Positions 1 to 13,240 of a stretch of DNA of 64,000 bases are shown piece after piece. Below the pieces are notes generated by a model that worked only from the letters and a program-made list of their open reading frames with translations, had not been told where the DNA came from and did not search any database. The DNA comes from Squalus acanthias. Lineage: Eukaryota. The stretch spans positions 102,178,001-102,242,000 of the forward strand of contig CM059431.1 in the NCBI GenBank assembly GCA_030390025.1. The letters run 5' to 3'. Position numbers and translations under genes: made by a program. Within the stretch, counting starts at the first letter, position 1. The number at the start of each line of letters is the position of its first letter.

Positions 1-325
1 CCTTCTTGAATCTATTTAATGAATTGGCCTCTACTGCCTTCTGTGGCAGAGAATTCCACAGGTTCACCACTCTCTGGGTGAAGAAATTCCTCCTCATCTC
101 TGTCCTAAATGGCTTACCCCTTATCCTTAGACTGTGACCCCTGGTTCTGGACTCCCCGACCATCGGGAACATCCTTCCTGCATCTAGTTTGTCCAGTCCT
201 GTCAGAATTTTATACGTTTCAATGAGATCCCCTCTCATTCTTCTATACTCCAGCGAGTATAAGCCCAATCGACCCAATCTCTCTTCATACGTCATTCCTG
301 CCACCCCAGGTATCAGCATCCCAGG
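1..325 (-). mobile_element. CR1 LINE ORF2 3' fragment
   Basis: Reverse strand matches the CR1 RRMRGDLIE...RTRGHSLRIRG...NFFTQRVVNLWNSLP region. Confidence 0.85.
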
Positions 326-996
326 TTAAAACAGAAGAGCAGAGAAGGTTAAAGAGAGATGGGATAGAGGTGTTCAAAATGATGTAAGAATTCGATAAGG
401 TAAATCAGGGTAAACTATGTCCGTCAGTCAGTGAATTGATAACCAGAGGTCATAAATTCAAGGCCTTCACAAACAACAAACGGAGAGGTGTAGAGAAATG
501 ATTTATGGTTGAGGATGGTTGGGACATGGAACGTCTCACCCTAACCAGCGGTGGAAAAAGGATGCCAAATAGCTTTTAAAGAGGGAACTGGATAAATGAT
601 TGAAAAATAAATATTTAAAAGGAATCGGGTCAGGGGAGGGGAAATGGGACTAACTCGAGAGAGCCAGCGCAGGTGCAATGGGCCGAATGGCCTCCTTCTG
701 TGCTGTAAAACTCTACGATCGTGTCTTCCTCAGGAATTGCAGGCAGATGAACCATCCAGAGTACGCTGCGCAGGAAACTCCACCGCGATCGTCACTGAGT
801 ATCTGCTTGGTCTGTAACAGAGTCTGTACGTTGAATTCTTTTTAGTGAGCACTCTTGCCAAAAAAAAATCTGTTGCAGTTTGTGTGTTGAGTCATGCTCT
901 TCCCACCTATATTTGCATTTTCTGGGGTGCAATAAGTTTGAGGAGAGTCTGAAAGCAGCATTAATGCTTTGCCCGAGCTGCTGCTACCAAGACAGC

Positions 997-1612
997 AACT
1001 TGTATTTATACAGCACCTTTAACATAGTAAAACATCCCAAGGCGCTTCACAGGAGTGTCATCAGACACCGAGTCACGTAAGGAGATATTAGGACAGGCGA
1101 CCAAAAGCTTGGTCAAAGAGGTGGGTTTTAAGGAGCGTCTTAAAGGAGCGTCTTAAAGGAGCGCGAGAGAGGTGGAGAGGCGGAGAGGTTTAGGGAGGGA
1201 ATTCCAGAGCTTAGGGTCCAGGCAGCTGAAGGTACGGTCACCAATGGTGGAGCGATTAAAGTTAGGGATGAGCAAGAGGCCAGAATTGGAGGAGAGCAGA
1301 GATCTCGGAGGGTTGTAGGACTGGAGGAGGTTACAGAGATAGGGAGAGGGGGCGAGGCCATGGCAGGATTTGAAAACAAGGATGAGAATTTTAAAATCGA
1401 GGTGTTGCCGGACCGGGAGCCAGTGTAGGTCAGCGAGCACAGGGGGGTGATGGGTGAACGGGACTTGCTGCGAGTTAGGACACGGGGTTTTTAGATGAGC
1501 TCAAGTTTAAAGAGGGTGGACGATGAGAGGCCGGCTAGCAGAGCATTGCAATAGCTGAGTCTAGAGGTAACAATGGCATCAATGAGGGTTTCAGCAGCAG
1601 ATGAGCGGAGGC
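997..1612 (-). mobile_element. L2 LINE 3' fragment
   Basis: LADLHWLPVRQHLDFKILILVFKS...RTFSCLDPKLWNSLP, plus 3' tail ...tataaatacaagttg. Confidence 0.88.
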
Positions 1613-1614
1613 TG

Positions 1615-2172
1615 AAACATAGAATCGTACAGCACAGAAGGAGGCCATTCGGCCCATCGTGCCTGTGCAGGCTCTGTGAAAGAGCTCTCCAATTAGTCCC
1701 ACTCCCCCCCTGCTCTTTCCCCATAGCCCTGCAAATTTCTCCTTTTCAATATTTATCCAATTCCCTTTTGAAAGTTACTATTGAATCTGCTTCCACCGCC
1801 CTTTCAGGCAGCGCATTCCAGATCACAACAACTCGCTGGGTAAAAAAAAATTCTCCTCCTCTCCCCCTCTGGTTCTTTTGCCAATTACCTTAAATCTGTG
1901 TCCTCTGGTTACCGACCCTCCTGCCACTGGAAACAGTTTCTCCTCATTTACTCCATCAAAACCCTTCATGATTTTGAACGCCTCAATTAAATCTCATCTT
2001 AACCTTCTCTGCTCGAAGGAGAACAATCCCAGCTTCTCCAGTCTCTCCGCATAACTGAAGTCCCTCATCCCTGGTACCATTCTAATAAACCTCCACTGCA
2101 CCCTCTCCAAGGCCTTGACATCCTTCCTAAAGTTCGGTGCCCAGAATTGGACACAATACTCCAGCTGAGGCC
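1615..2172 (-). mobile_element. CR1 LINE 3' fragment
   Basis: Contains the CR1 3'UTR gggccgaatggcctccttctgtgctgta and the WNALPERAVEADS ORF2 end. Confidence 0.85.
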
Positions 2173-2900
2173 ACTAAATTTAAGATTTTTTTGATCAATT
2201 TTGAAAGATTGTAATCCTCAATGGTTAGTACTGCTGATCTTCTAAGATAATGTACCATTTATTTGTTGCTGCTGATGTCCAATCCTGTTTTTATAAGGAA
2301 TTTAGTGCTAACTCGTTCCTCGAGATCCACACATCCTCCCCAGGGCGAGAAGGCAGGTCACCTGTTCTCGTGCTCGTCCCTCCGCCACCCATCCCCCCCC
2401 CCCCCCCAAATACCATCTGAAAAGGGCTGCTGAGGCTGCAAAAAGGGGGGCCAGGATAACTTTCCCCACCAATTTCCCCCCTCCGCCCGAGGGGAATTGC
2501 ATGGCCTCTATTTGATGATTCTCCACACCAATACGGCCAGGTTATTGAGAGCGGGGTTTTGGGGTAGTTGACAAGTAGAAAGCCACCTCGGACTGGCTCA
2601 TAGTGCAGCTCCGTGGCAGGTACATACTGATTTCTGTATCGCTTAATCCCATTTCCTCTCTGCTGAGGGACAGCCTAATTCCATTGTGAACAGCAGTTTC
2701 TGAATGTTAAACAATGCCAAATTGAACAGCAGTTTTATAGAGGCCAGTGCAGCAATGAAACACTGAACTCAATATGTACCACAGATGGAAACTTTACAAA
2801 TATTCGAATAATTGTTTCAAAAGGATATTTTTCTTTCATTTCATTGGCCATAAGGTAGCAGTGAAAGCAGGACACCTCTACAACTAACACCACCACCTCT

Positions 2901-3370
2901 AGCTGTGGCTCAGTTGCTGGCTCCCTCGCCTCTGGGTCAGAAGGTTGTCAAGTCCCACTCCAGAGACTCAAGCACAAAAATCTAGGCTGACGCTCCCAGT
3001 GCAGTGCTGAGGGAGCGCCGCACTGTCGGAGGTGCCATCTTTCGGATGGTGAATGTTAAACCGAGGCCCCGTCTGCTTACTCAGGTGGACATAAAAGATC
3101 CCACGGCCACTATTCAAAAAAGAGCGGGGTGGGGGGTGGCGGGCAGAGGAGTTCTCCCCGGTGTCCTGGCCAATAATCCCTCAACCGACATCACTAAAAC
3201 AGATTAACTGATCATTGCTGTTGTGGGAGCTTGCTGTGCGCAAATTGGCTGCCGCGTTCCCTACATCACAACAGTGACTGCTCTTCAAAAACTACTTCAT
3301 TGGCTGTAAAGCGGCTTTGGGACGTCCGGTGGTCGTGAAAGGTGCTACAGAAATGCAGGTCTTTCTTTCT
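2901..3370 (+). mobile_element. Full-length tRNA-headed Deu-domain SINE (SacSINE1/AmnSINE-like) with L2-type tail
   Basis: A-box-like gtggctcagt, central ccgtctgc...caggtggacataaaagatccca, tail gtgaaaggtgctacagaaatgcaggtctttctttc; many copies in the window. Confidence 0.8.
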
Positions 3371-3651
3371 TTTTATTATTGAGCCAGAAAGTTCTGAGCT
3401 ATGATCCTTGAATTGTGCCGAGATTATTTTTGCCTTTCTTCTGAAGGCACTGGCTCCTGCCATTGGTACTGTTCCACAGGCCACGGTCATCCGCCAGACA
3501 GTATCTTCCCCCTTGTTGAGGAGTCTTTATAGGGCCTTTATAGTGAGTATTGGTACAAGGCTCACCGTTGGCGAGACTGACCCTTGCACTTCCATCAGGG
3601 TGCCTGGGATAGCGATCAGGGACAGCGACCGTCACTAGTTTCTCACTCCCT

Positions 3652-3957
3652 ACAACACCTTGTATTTATATAGCGCCTTTAACGTAGTAAAACGTCCCGC
3701 CACGCTTCACAGGAGCGATTATCAAACAAAATTTGACACCGAGCCACATCAGCAGATATTAGGGCAGGTGACCCAAAGCTTGGTGAAAGAGGTAGGTTTT
3801 AAGGAACGTCTTAAAGGAGGAGAGAGAGGTGGAGAGGTGGAGAGGTTTAGGGAGGGAATTCCAGAGCTTAGGGCCCAGGCAGCTGAAGGCACGGCCGCCA
3901 ATGGTAGAGCGAAGGAAATCGTGGGATGCTCAAGCGGCCAGAACTGGAGGAACGCAG
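3652..3957 (-). mobile_element. L2 LINE 3' fragment
   Basis: Same family as 997-1612. Confidence 0.85.
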
Positions 3958-4429
3958 TTATACTCTAATCTTACCAAAAGTAGTGCAACCCATTTGAGGT
4001 GAATGAACCGCGTTTAAGATTGAGGAATTGAATCGAATCGTTAAAATCTTTCAGGCCTAATAGAGGTTGACCAGTTTAGCCGGGGAAACCAAGTGAATTC
4101 TCAATAGCAGGAGTACTTCTTTTAAGAGTTCAGGTGTACCTGCACAGAACACTGGTATTTTGTGTTAAGTAAGAAGTCTTAAATCTGCGTAGAATCCTGG
4201 AGAATCAGCTATACGGTTAAAAGATTTTCCTCAGTCGTAGCAAGCTGCCCATATTTGCCACCTACCTGTGATCTCACCATTCTGACCTTTAAGATGACAA
4301 GACACACGCTGCAGTAACTGCTGGAACACTGCAGGACTAAGCTAAACACATCAACTAATGAGAGTGACAGTAACATCGCCACAGCGTAAACTTCACACAA
4401 CGCGGTCAACGGTTTTACGCAGATATCTA

Positions 4430-4830
4430 CTATCCCTCCAGGGCCTCGCCCCTCCCTATCCATGTAATCTCCTCCAGCCCACAACCCCCCCCCCCCCCCC
4501 CGCACCCCGAGATATCTGCGCTCCTCCAATTCTGCCTTCTTGAACAAGCCCGATTATAATCGCTCCACCATTGGTGGCCGTGCCTTCAGCTGCCTGGGCC
4601 CTAAGCTCTGGAATTCCCTCCCTAAACCTCTCTGCCTCGCTACCTCTCTCCTCCTTTAAGACGCTCCTTAAAACCTACCTCTTTGACCAAGCTTTTGGTC
4701 ACCTGTCCTAATATCTCCTTATGTGGCTCGGTGTCAAATTGTTTGTCTGATAATACTTCCATGAAGCGCCTTGGGACGTTTTACTACATTAAAGGCGCCA
4801 TATAAATACAAGTTGTTGTTGTTGTTGTTG
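4430..4830 (+). mobile_element. L2 LINE 3' fragment with (TTG)n tail
   Basis: ggccgtgccttcagctgcctgggccctaagctctggaattccctccc; ends aaatacaagttgttgttgttg. Confidence 0.87.
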
Positions 4831-5109
4831 TGCTAACGGTGCAGATGGTAAGGCTGTTTTTTCCCATCCCCCTTTTTTTCCCCTTCTTAATAATTCTGGT
4901 AATCAAACAAATTAATTTCTTGCTTCATTGGGTTCAATTAAGTAGGCGAAACGAGCCTGTAAAATCAGTGTTAGTGACATTGGCAAATTAATGCTTAATG
5001 TGTTCATACGACATTCCTGTACCTGCTATTTTAATGGCAGTGTTTACCCATTTAAAATGAATGGTTAGTGCCCTCATTAAAACAGAAGATGGAAGAATCT
5101 TACAAGATT

Positions 5110-5800
5110 ACATAAAATTACACAGAATTTACAGCACAGAAACAGGCCATTCGGCCCAACTGGTCCGTGCCGGTGTTTGTGCTCCACACGAGCCTCCTCC
5201 CACCCCTCTTCATTTCACTTATCGACTTATCCTTCTATTCCTTTTTCCCTCGTGTGTTTATCGAGCTTTCCCTTAAATGCATCTATACTATTCCCCTCAA
5301 CCACTCCCTGTGGTAGCGAGTTCCACATTCTCTCCACTCTCTGGGTAAAGAAGTTTCTCCTGAATTCCCGATTGGATTTATTGGTGACTATCTTATATTG
5401 ATGGCCCCTAGTTCTGGTCTCCCCCACAAGTGAAAACATCTTCTCTACGTCTACCCTATTGAACCCCTTCAGAATTTTAAAGACCTCCAATAGGTCTCCC
5501 CTCAGCCTTCTCTTTTAGAGAGAAAAGAGCCCCAGCCTGTTCAATCTTTCCTGATACCTCTCAGTTCTGGTATCATCCTTGTGAATCATTTTATGCACAT
5601 TCTCCAGTGCCTCTGTATCCTTTTTATAATGAGACCAGATATGTGCACAGTAGTCCGAGTGTGGTCTCACCGAGGTTCTATGCAAGTTTAATATAACTTC
5701 TCTGCGTTTCAATTCTACTCCTCCAGAAAGGTAGCCCAATGCTTGGTTTGTGTTTATTTGTGGCCTTATTAACCGGCGTTGCTACTTTTAGTGATTTGCG
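5110..5800 (-). mobile_element. CR1 LINE 3' fragment
   Basis: EVFKILKGFNRVD...RRNFFTQRVERMWNSLPQGVVE. Confidence 0.87.
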
Positions 5801-6570
5801 ATTATGGGTGAACTGCCCTGCTCTTCTTCGAAATAGTGCCACAGGATCTTTTACCTCCACTGTGCCGCACTGGGAGGGTCAGCCTGGATTTGGTGCTCAG
5901 GTCTCTGGAGTGGGGACTTGAACCCACAACTTTCTGACTCACAGGCGAGGGTGCTGCCCACTGAGCCACGGCAGACACTCTTGTTCACCAGTTCCCTGAA
6001 CCAGAGACCAGCAAAAAAAAAAAAAATCATTTGCTTCAATTCTCAAACCCATGTTGCTCTCAATCACACCAAGTGAAGAAAACTCAATGCATCAACGTAC
6101 TCCTCCCACAACCATGGAGTAACCAGAATGGACCACGGATTCTGAAATCCAGAGAGGAATGTTAACTTTTGAAAATACAAGGAAAATTAAAATGTTCTTT
6201 CAGTCCTGACGAAAGGCGCCTGTAAATGAGCAGAAGAGCTGAAACTAGAGCTATCCCCTCCAACAGAACAGAACTGGGGCAGGGGATCACGGGCGATAGT
6301 TTTATTCCTGCTCATAAAAACTCAACAAATACCTCAGTAACTTGAAAAACTAAAGCCACCGCAGCACGAGACATTGAATGTTATTACATCGGTCACTCTT
6401 CTGACCGTGGGGGAGGGGCCAGCAATTTACAACCAGCTACCACCTTCAAAATGAATCAATCAATCAATCAGCCTCTGATTGACCTCAGGGCATCTCTGAG
6501 GAACTGGCCTCAAGATCTCCTCGCAGCCATTAGACCTTAAAGAGTCAACTCCACTTGAGCAGCAGAACAG

Positions 6571-6955
6571 TACATAAGAACATAAGAAACTGGAGCAGGA
6601 GTAGACCATACGGCCCCTCGAGCCTGCTCCGCCATTCAATGAGATCATGGCTGATCATCCACCTCAACTCCACCTTCCCGCCCGATCTCCATATCCCTTG
6701 ATTCCCCTAGAGTCCAAAAATCTATCGATCTCAGCCTTGAATATACTCATCGACTGAGCATCCACAGCCCTCTGGGGTAGAGAATTCCAAAGATTCACAA
6801 CCCTCTGAGTGAAGAAATTCCTCCTCATCTCAGTCCTAAATGGCCGACCCCTTATCCTGAGACTGTGACCCCTGGTTCTAGACTCTCCAGCCAGGGGAAA
6901 CATCCTCCCAGCATTTATCCTGTCAAGCCCCCTGAGAATTTTATACGTTTAATTA
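6571..6955 (-). mobile_element. CR1 LINE 3' end with (ttcttatg)n tail
   Basis: MFPLAGESRTRGHSLRIRGRPFRTEMRRNFFTQRVVNLWNSLP. Confidence 0.88.
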
Positions 6956-7359
6956 AATTTTTGCTTTACATCCACTATCTCTTTAAAACAGCGTATCCTC
7001 CGACTTACCATGAACAGCATCACAGGACACCTACATCTACCTTAAACATGTCAATTTCTGAAATGTAAACTCCTCGATAGCCACGCAAAAACTGGAAATC
7101 TCAATAAGATAAAGCTCAGATTGTAGGAGGGATCGTTTTTGATGGTTCCCCAGGTGCTGATGACTTTAAGATGTGATTGTACACTGAAATATGACTGTAA
7201 TTCTAGAACATGACTTTATGGGGTTTTTAACAAAATAAAATGCCACCTTTGACATAGTCATGCATTTGAAAAGCAGCTGTAACAGTGTTAAATCCAAAAA
7301 TTAGCTGAGAATGCACTGACCCGTGAAGGTTACAACATGAGTAGCAACAGCTTGCAAAC

Positions 7360-8066
7360 TCCATTCTCTAGCCAGCAACTCCATCCCCCTCTCCCTGGCC
7401 ACGGTCAACCTTGGCATCCTATTTTATCGAGCTGAGGATCCGATCCCATATACTCCCCATCACCAAGACCGCCCACTACTGTCACCCATCTCCGCCCCTG
7501 CCTCAGCTCATCTGCTGCTGAAACCCTCATCCATGCCTTTACCTCTAGACTCGACTATTCCAACGCTCTCCTGGTCAGCCTCCCATCTTCCACCCTCCGT
7601 AAACTGTGGATCATCCAAAGCTCGGCTGCCCCCGTGTCCTAACTCGCACCAAGTCCCGTTCACCCATCACCCCATGTGCTCGCTGACCTACATTTGGCTC
7701 CCGGTCCGGCAATATCTCAAATTTAAAATGATCATCCTGGTTTTCAAATCCTTCCATGGCCTCGCCCCCCTCCCTATATCTCTGTAGCCTCCTCCAGCCC
7801 CTACAACCCTCCGAGATCTCTACGCTCCTCCAATTCTGGCCTCCTGCGCATCCATCTCCGATTTCATTCACCCTACCATTGGCAGCCGTGCCTTCAGCTG
7901 CCTGGGCCCGAAACCTCTCCAGCCTCTCTACCCTCCTTAAAACCTGCCTCTTTGACCAAGCTTTTGGTCACCTGTCCCAATATCTCCTTATGTTGCTCGG
8001 TGTCGCATCTTTGAAGCGCGCTGGGACTTTAAAGGCGCTCTATAAATGCAAGGAGTTGTTGTTGTA
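7360..8066 (+). mobile_element. L2 LINE 3' fragment
   Basis: AETLIHAF-SRLDYSNALL and WLPVRQ-LKFK motifs, L2 tail. Confidence 0.85.
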
Positions 8067-8768
8067 ACAGCTCGCTTTACTTCCGTTTGTCCACATTTAG
8101 TGTCTTCCCCCCCCCCCCCGCCACAAGTTATTAAAGTAGCACATTCACTCAGATCTTGAATTAACCAAATTTCCTGTCAAACAAATGAACTCCGATCCTT
8201 TAACAACCAACCATTGAAAGTTGTCTGACGGTCCTTTCATTGGAAGCGGGCCACTGAGTCAGTTGACGTTTAGACGTGGCGCTATTTTAAACAGCAGCGG
8301 GAAGACTATCTATGTGCAGATGTCACGGATGTGACCTTACAGGAGCTGCACATGTTCAAAACTTGGGCAAAGTCTGACTGGAGCCTCCACAGATGTTATG
8401 GAGCAGTCCATACAGGCCGGCATATTTTAATGACTTTGAAGACAGTGAAAAGTTTCTCCCTGCCTACTCTATCAAAACCCCGCATAATTTTGAACATCTC
8501 CATTGAATCCCCCCTTAACCCTCTCTGCTCCAAGGGAAACAATCCCAGCTTCTCTAGTCTCTACACAGGACTGAATTCCCAAATCCGTGGTGTCATCCTG
8601 GTAAATCTCCTTATATATAAAAATAAATGAAGTTCTGGTACTGAAAGAAAGAACTTTGCATTTATATAGCGCTTTTCACGCCCCAAAGCGCTTTACAGCC
8701 AATAAAGTACTTTCGAAGTAAAAACAGAACAGAAAATGCTGGAAATACTCAGCAGGTCAGGCAGCATC

Positions 8769-9032
8769 TGCCCCTCCGACAGTGCGGCGCTCCCTCAGTA
8801 CTGCCCCTCCAACAGTGCGGCGCTCCCTCAGTACTGCCCCTCCGACAGTGCGGCGCTCCCTCAGTACCGCCCCTCCGACAGTGCGGCGCTCCCTCAGTAC
8901 TGCCCCTCCGATAGTGCGGCGCTTCCTCAGTACTGTCCCTCCGACAGTGCAGCGCTCCCTCAGTACTGCCCCTCCGACAGTGCGTCGCTCCCTCAGTACT
9001 GCCCCTCCGACAGTGCGGCGCTCCCTTAGTAC
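8769..9032. repeat. 33-bp minisatellite x8 (tgcccctccgacagtgcggcgctccctcagtac) within a minus-strand Deu-SINE
   Basis: Counted directly: 8 x 33 = 264 bp; the unit is an internal SINE segment and continues into the SINE head to about 9140. Confidence 0.95.
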
Positions 9033-9519
9033 TGCACTGGGAGTGTCGGTCTAGGATTTTGTGCTCAAGTCTCTCGAGTGGACTGTGAACCCACAACCTT
9101 CTGACTCAGAGGCGAGCGTGCTGCCCACTGAGCCACGGCTGGCCCTCTGGTCTGTACGGGTGGGCCGAGAGATCAGACCCCAGATGAGGAGACTTGCTGG
9201 AAAGCGGAAGCCATTTAAGCTTTGCTCCCGGTCGTAGCTCATGTCAGAGACTCCCAAAGGCAGCCCCACTTACGAACATACCAGCTGGTCCATCAAGCCT
9301 GCCTTGAGATGGTTTCCCTGCCTTTGACCGCCAGTCCCACGTACACCAAATCCTTCACACTACAGGATTGCATACCTGCCATTGAAGGAGTCTCTGTTGC
9401 ACAATGGGAGCATTAAAATCAAGATTACCATGATGAATTATCCAGCATACAAAGCAGATCTCTTGCTATAGCATTAGAACGTTATATTTTATAGTAAAAT
9501 AAATGACTGTATCTATAAC

Positions 9520-9870
9520 TGAGGGGAGGCCTTATTGAGGTGTATAAAATTATGAGGGGCCTAGATAGAGTGGATAGGAAGGACCTATTTCCCTTAGCAG
9601 AGAGGTCAATAACCAGGGGGCATAGATTTAAAGTAATTGGCAGGAGGTTTAGAGGGGATTTGAGGGGAAATTTCTTCACCCAGAGGGTGGTGGGGGTCTG
9701 GAACTCGCTGCCTGAAAGGGTGGTAGAGGCAGAAACCCTCACTGCATTTAAAAAGTACTTGGATATGCACTTGAAGTGCCGTAACCTACAGGGCGATGGA
9801 CCAAGAGCTGGAAAGTGGGATTAGGCCGAATGGCCTCCTTCTGTGCTGTAAATTTCTACGATTCTATGAT
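9520..9870 (+). mobile_element. CR1 LINE 3' fragment
   Basis: YKIMRGLDRVDRKDLFPL...NFFTQRVVGVWNSLPERVVEA. Confidence 0.87.
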
Positions 9871-11269
9871 AACCTTTTTTTTCCGGTTATTATGGACAAC
9901 TTTACAATTACCTTACTAATGATGCTCGACAGCCTTTGTGTCCTAGAGGTTTGCGATCATAATCTGGCTGCTTCATTATTCCACCGACTCTTAGATTACG
10001 TAACCTGAAGTTTAATCTTTCCAAATTTAATTGTTACAAAAAAAATCTGTTTTTAGATTTTAGGGAATTGGATAAGTGCCTGAAGGAAAAAAATTTGCAG
10101 GGCTACGGGGAAAGGGCAGGGCAGTGGGACCAGCTGAAGTGCTCTTGTAGAGAGCCGGCACGGACTCGACGGGCCGAATGGCCTCCTTCCGTGCTGTAAC
10201 GATTCTATGATTTTATTAGACATCTTTTCCCTCCATATGGGAAATAACCAGAAGAAAGGTGGTGTTTACTTTGATGTTTATAGATTAAAAATAAATCTCC
10301 AATTTTCAAAGCAGCCCGTAGTCACTTTGTTGTTCCAAGCGATGTTATTATGGAGCTGAAATCCTTATTAACGAGCTAGCCAGGTGAGGTGAGATGAGAT
10401 GAATGCGCTAGGCTGCCACACACAAGTGTCTGCTGGACGGAATCAGAAGTTAGCAGTGTGCGACCGAAAATGCAAATTAATTCATTCACTGCCTGTAATT
10501 AACACCAATTTATATTCAGCCAACTCTTCAAAACTCGGAGCCCATTGTCCCAGCTTCAAATTCAGCGCTGATAAAAGGAGGTCAGGCTAAAAATGGAATA
10601 AATGCAGCAACGCTGTCCAATTAAGGTTATCGTGGTAGATAATCCGAGAGAATCGCTGGGGGTACTGCCTGCGGCGCAAAGCAGAAGGCAATAAAAACAA
10701 CCTTTTGCGGACATGGGGAATCGTGTTCATCACCAGTCTACAAACGTTAATTTGATAAATAACTTCATTGCTTTCTGAGACCCTGGCAGAACTGTCCACT
10801 GCAAACCCAGCATTTTCTCAAGGTTCACTTCTCAATGAAGTTTGCATTTCTTAATTCCACTATTTCCGATGCTATTGTTTCCAACGAAGCCTGTAATAAT
10901 GTTAGAACTCTGCTGCAATGCTTTTATTGCAAGGCGCCGTAGCAGACTTGCACTGGCAACACAATGAATTGGAAGGTGTTCCACTGTTCTTATTACATTC
11001 TGATATAAATAGCAGAAGGAATGAAACCGGAGCTAAAAGGGTTAAATTAGGAGGACAGGTTGCACAGACTAGGCTTGTATTCCTCGAGTATAGAAGATTA
11101 AGGGGTGATCTAATTGAGGTGTTTAAGATGATTAAAGGATTCGATAGGGTAGATCGAGAGAAACTATTTCCTCTGGCTGGTGGGGGGGGGGGGGGGTGGA
11201 GTCCAGAACAAGGGGGCATAACCTTAAAATTAGAACTAGGCCGTTCAGGGGTGATGTCAGGAAGCACTT

Positions 11270-13240
11270 ACATAAGAACATAAGATGTAGGAGCAGGACT
11301 AGGTCATTTGGCCCCTTGAGCCTGCTCCGCCATTCAATAAGATCATGGCTGATCTGATCTTGGCCTCAACTCCACTTCCCTGCCCGCTCCCTATAACCCT
11401 TGACTCCCCTATCGTTCAAAAATCTGTCTATCTCCACCTTAAATATATTCAATGACCCAGCCTCCACAGCTCTCTGGGGAAGAGAATTCCAAAGATTCAT
11501 GACCCTCAGAGAAGAAATTCCTCCTCATTTCCGATTTAAAAGGGTGCCCCCTTATTCTGAAATTATGCCCCCTAGTTCTAGATTCCCCCACGAGGGGAAA
11601 CATCCTCTCCGCATCTACCCTGTCAAGCCCCTTCAGAATCTTATATGTTTCAATAAGATCACCTCTCATTCTTCTAAACTCCATTGAGTATAGGCCCAAC
11701 CTGCTCAATCTTTCTTCATAAGATAACCCCTTCATCTCTGGAATCAACCTCGTGAACCTTCTCTGAACTGCCTCCAATGCAAGTATATCCTTCCTTAAAT
11801 AAGGAGACCAAAACTGTACGCAGTACTCCAGGTGTGGTCTCACCAACGCCCTGTACAGTTGTAACAGGACTTCCCTACTTTTATACTCCATTCCCTTTGC
11901 AATAAAGTCCAACACTCCATTTGCCTTCCTAATGACTTGCTGTACCTGCATGCTAACTTTTTGTGATTCATGTACAAGGATCCCCAGATCCCTCTGTACC
12001 TCAGCATTTTGTAATCTCTCTCCATTTAAATAATAATTTGCTTTTTTATTTTTCCTACCAAAGTGGATAACCTCGCATTTTCCCACATTAAACTCCATCT
12101 GCCAGATTTTTGCCCACTCACTTAGCCTATCTATATCCCTTTGGAGATTCTTTGCGTCCTCCACACAATTTGCTTTCCCACCTATCTTTGTATCATCAGC
12201 AAATTTAGCTACATTACACTCAGTCCCTTCATCCAAGTCATTAATATAGATTGTAAATAGTTGAGGCCCCAGCACTGATCCCTGCGGCACTCCACTAGTT
12301 ACAGTTTGCCAACCTGAAAATGACCCATTTATCCCGACTCTCTGTTTTCTGTTAGTTAGCCAACCCTCTATCCATGCTAATATATTACCCCCAACCCCGT
12401 GAGCTCTTATCTTGTGTAGTAACCTTTTATGTGGCATCTTATCGAATGCCTTCTGGAAATCCAAATACACGACATCTACTGGTTTCCCTTTATCCACCCT
12501 GCTCGTTACATCCTCAAAGAACTCCAGCAAATTTGTCAAACATGATTTCCCTTTCATAAAACTATGCTGACTCTGCTTGACTATATTATGATTTTCTAAA
12601 TGTCCTGCTGTCACTTCCTTAATGATGGACTCCAGCATTTTCTCAATGGCAGGCTAACTGGTCAATAGTTGCCTGCTTTCTGTCTCCCTCCTTTCTTAAA
12701 TAGGGGCGTTACATTTGCGGTTTTCCAGTCCGCTGGGACCTCTCCAGAATCCAGGGAATTTTGGCAGATTACAACCGATGCATCCACTATCTCTGCAGCC
12801 ATCTCTTTTCAGACTCTAGGATGCGGGTCATCGGGTCCAGGGGACTTGTCCACCTTTAGTCCCATTAGTTTGCCTAGTATTTCCTCTCTAGTGATAGTGA
12901 TTGTTTTAAGTTCCCCACCCCCCCCCCACCCCAATAGCCCCTTGATTATCCATTATTGGGATGCTTTTAGTGTCTTCTACCGTGAAGACCGATACAAAAT
13001 ATTTGTTTAAGGTCTCCGCCATTTCCGTTTCCCATTATTAATTCCCCAGACTCATCCTCTAGGGGACCAACGTTTACTTTAGCTACTCTCTTCCTTTTTA
13101 TATACCTGTAGAAGCTCTTACTGTCTGTTTTTATATTTCTTGCTAGCTTACTCTCATAAGCTGTCTTCTCTCTCTATCATTTTTTTAGTCGTCCTTTGCT
13201 GCTTTTTAAAAATTTCCCAATCCTCTGGCCTTTCACTATT
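11270..13240 (-). mobile_element. About 2-kb 5'-truncated CR1 LINE with a largely intact RT domain (ORF 11439-12638), nested in an opposite-strand CR1 (11010-11268 and 13240-13472)
   Basis: YLDFQKAFDK, SGVPQGSVLGP, FADDTK motifs; host CR1 resumes ...gaagcactt / cttcacacaaaggg... Confidence 0.93.

Noticed and set aside
2901..2965. tRNA genes at SINE heads
   Set aside because: Only A/B-box-like remnants fused to SINE bodies; no full cloverleaf.
8736..9096. ORFs with repeated CPSDSAALPQY / RRGSTEGAPHC peptides; possible CRISPR-like array
   Set aside because: A pure 33-bp tandem repeat of SINE sequence with no unique spacers. Frames stay open only because the unit is a multiple of 3.
11439..12638. 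399-aa reverse transcriptase as a host gene, retron or active LINE
   Set aside because: 5'-truncated CR1 ORF2 lacking the endonuclease and ORF1, with a frameshift near the C-terminus.
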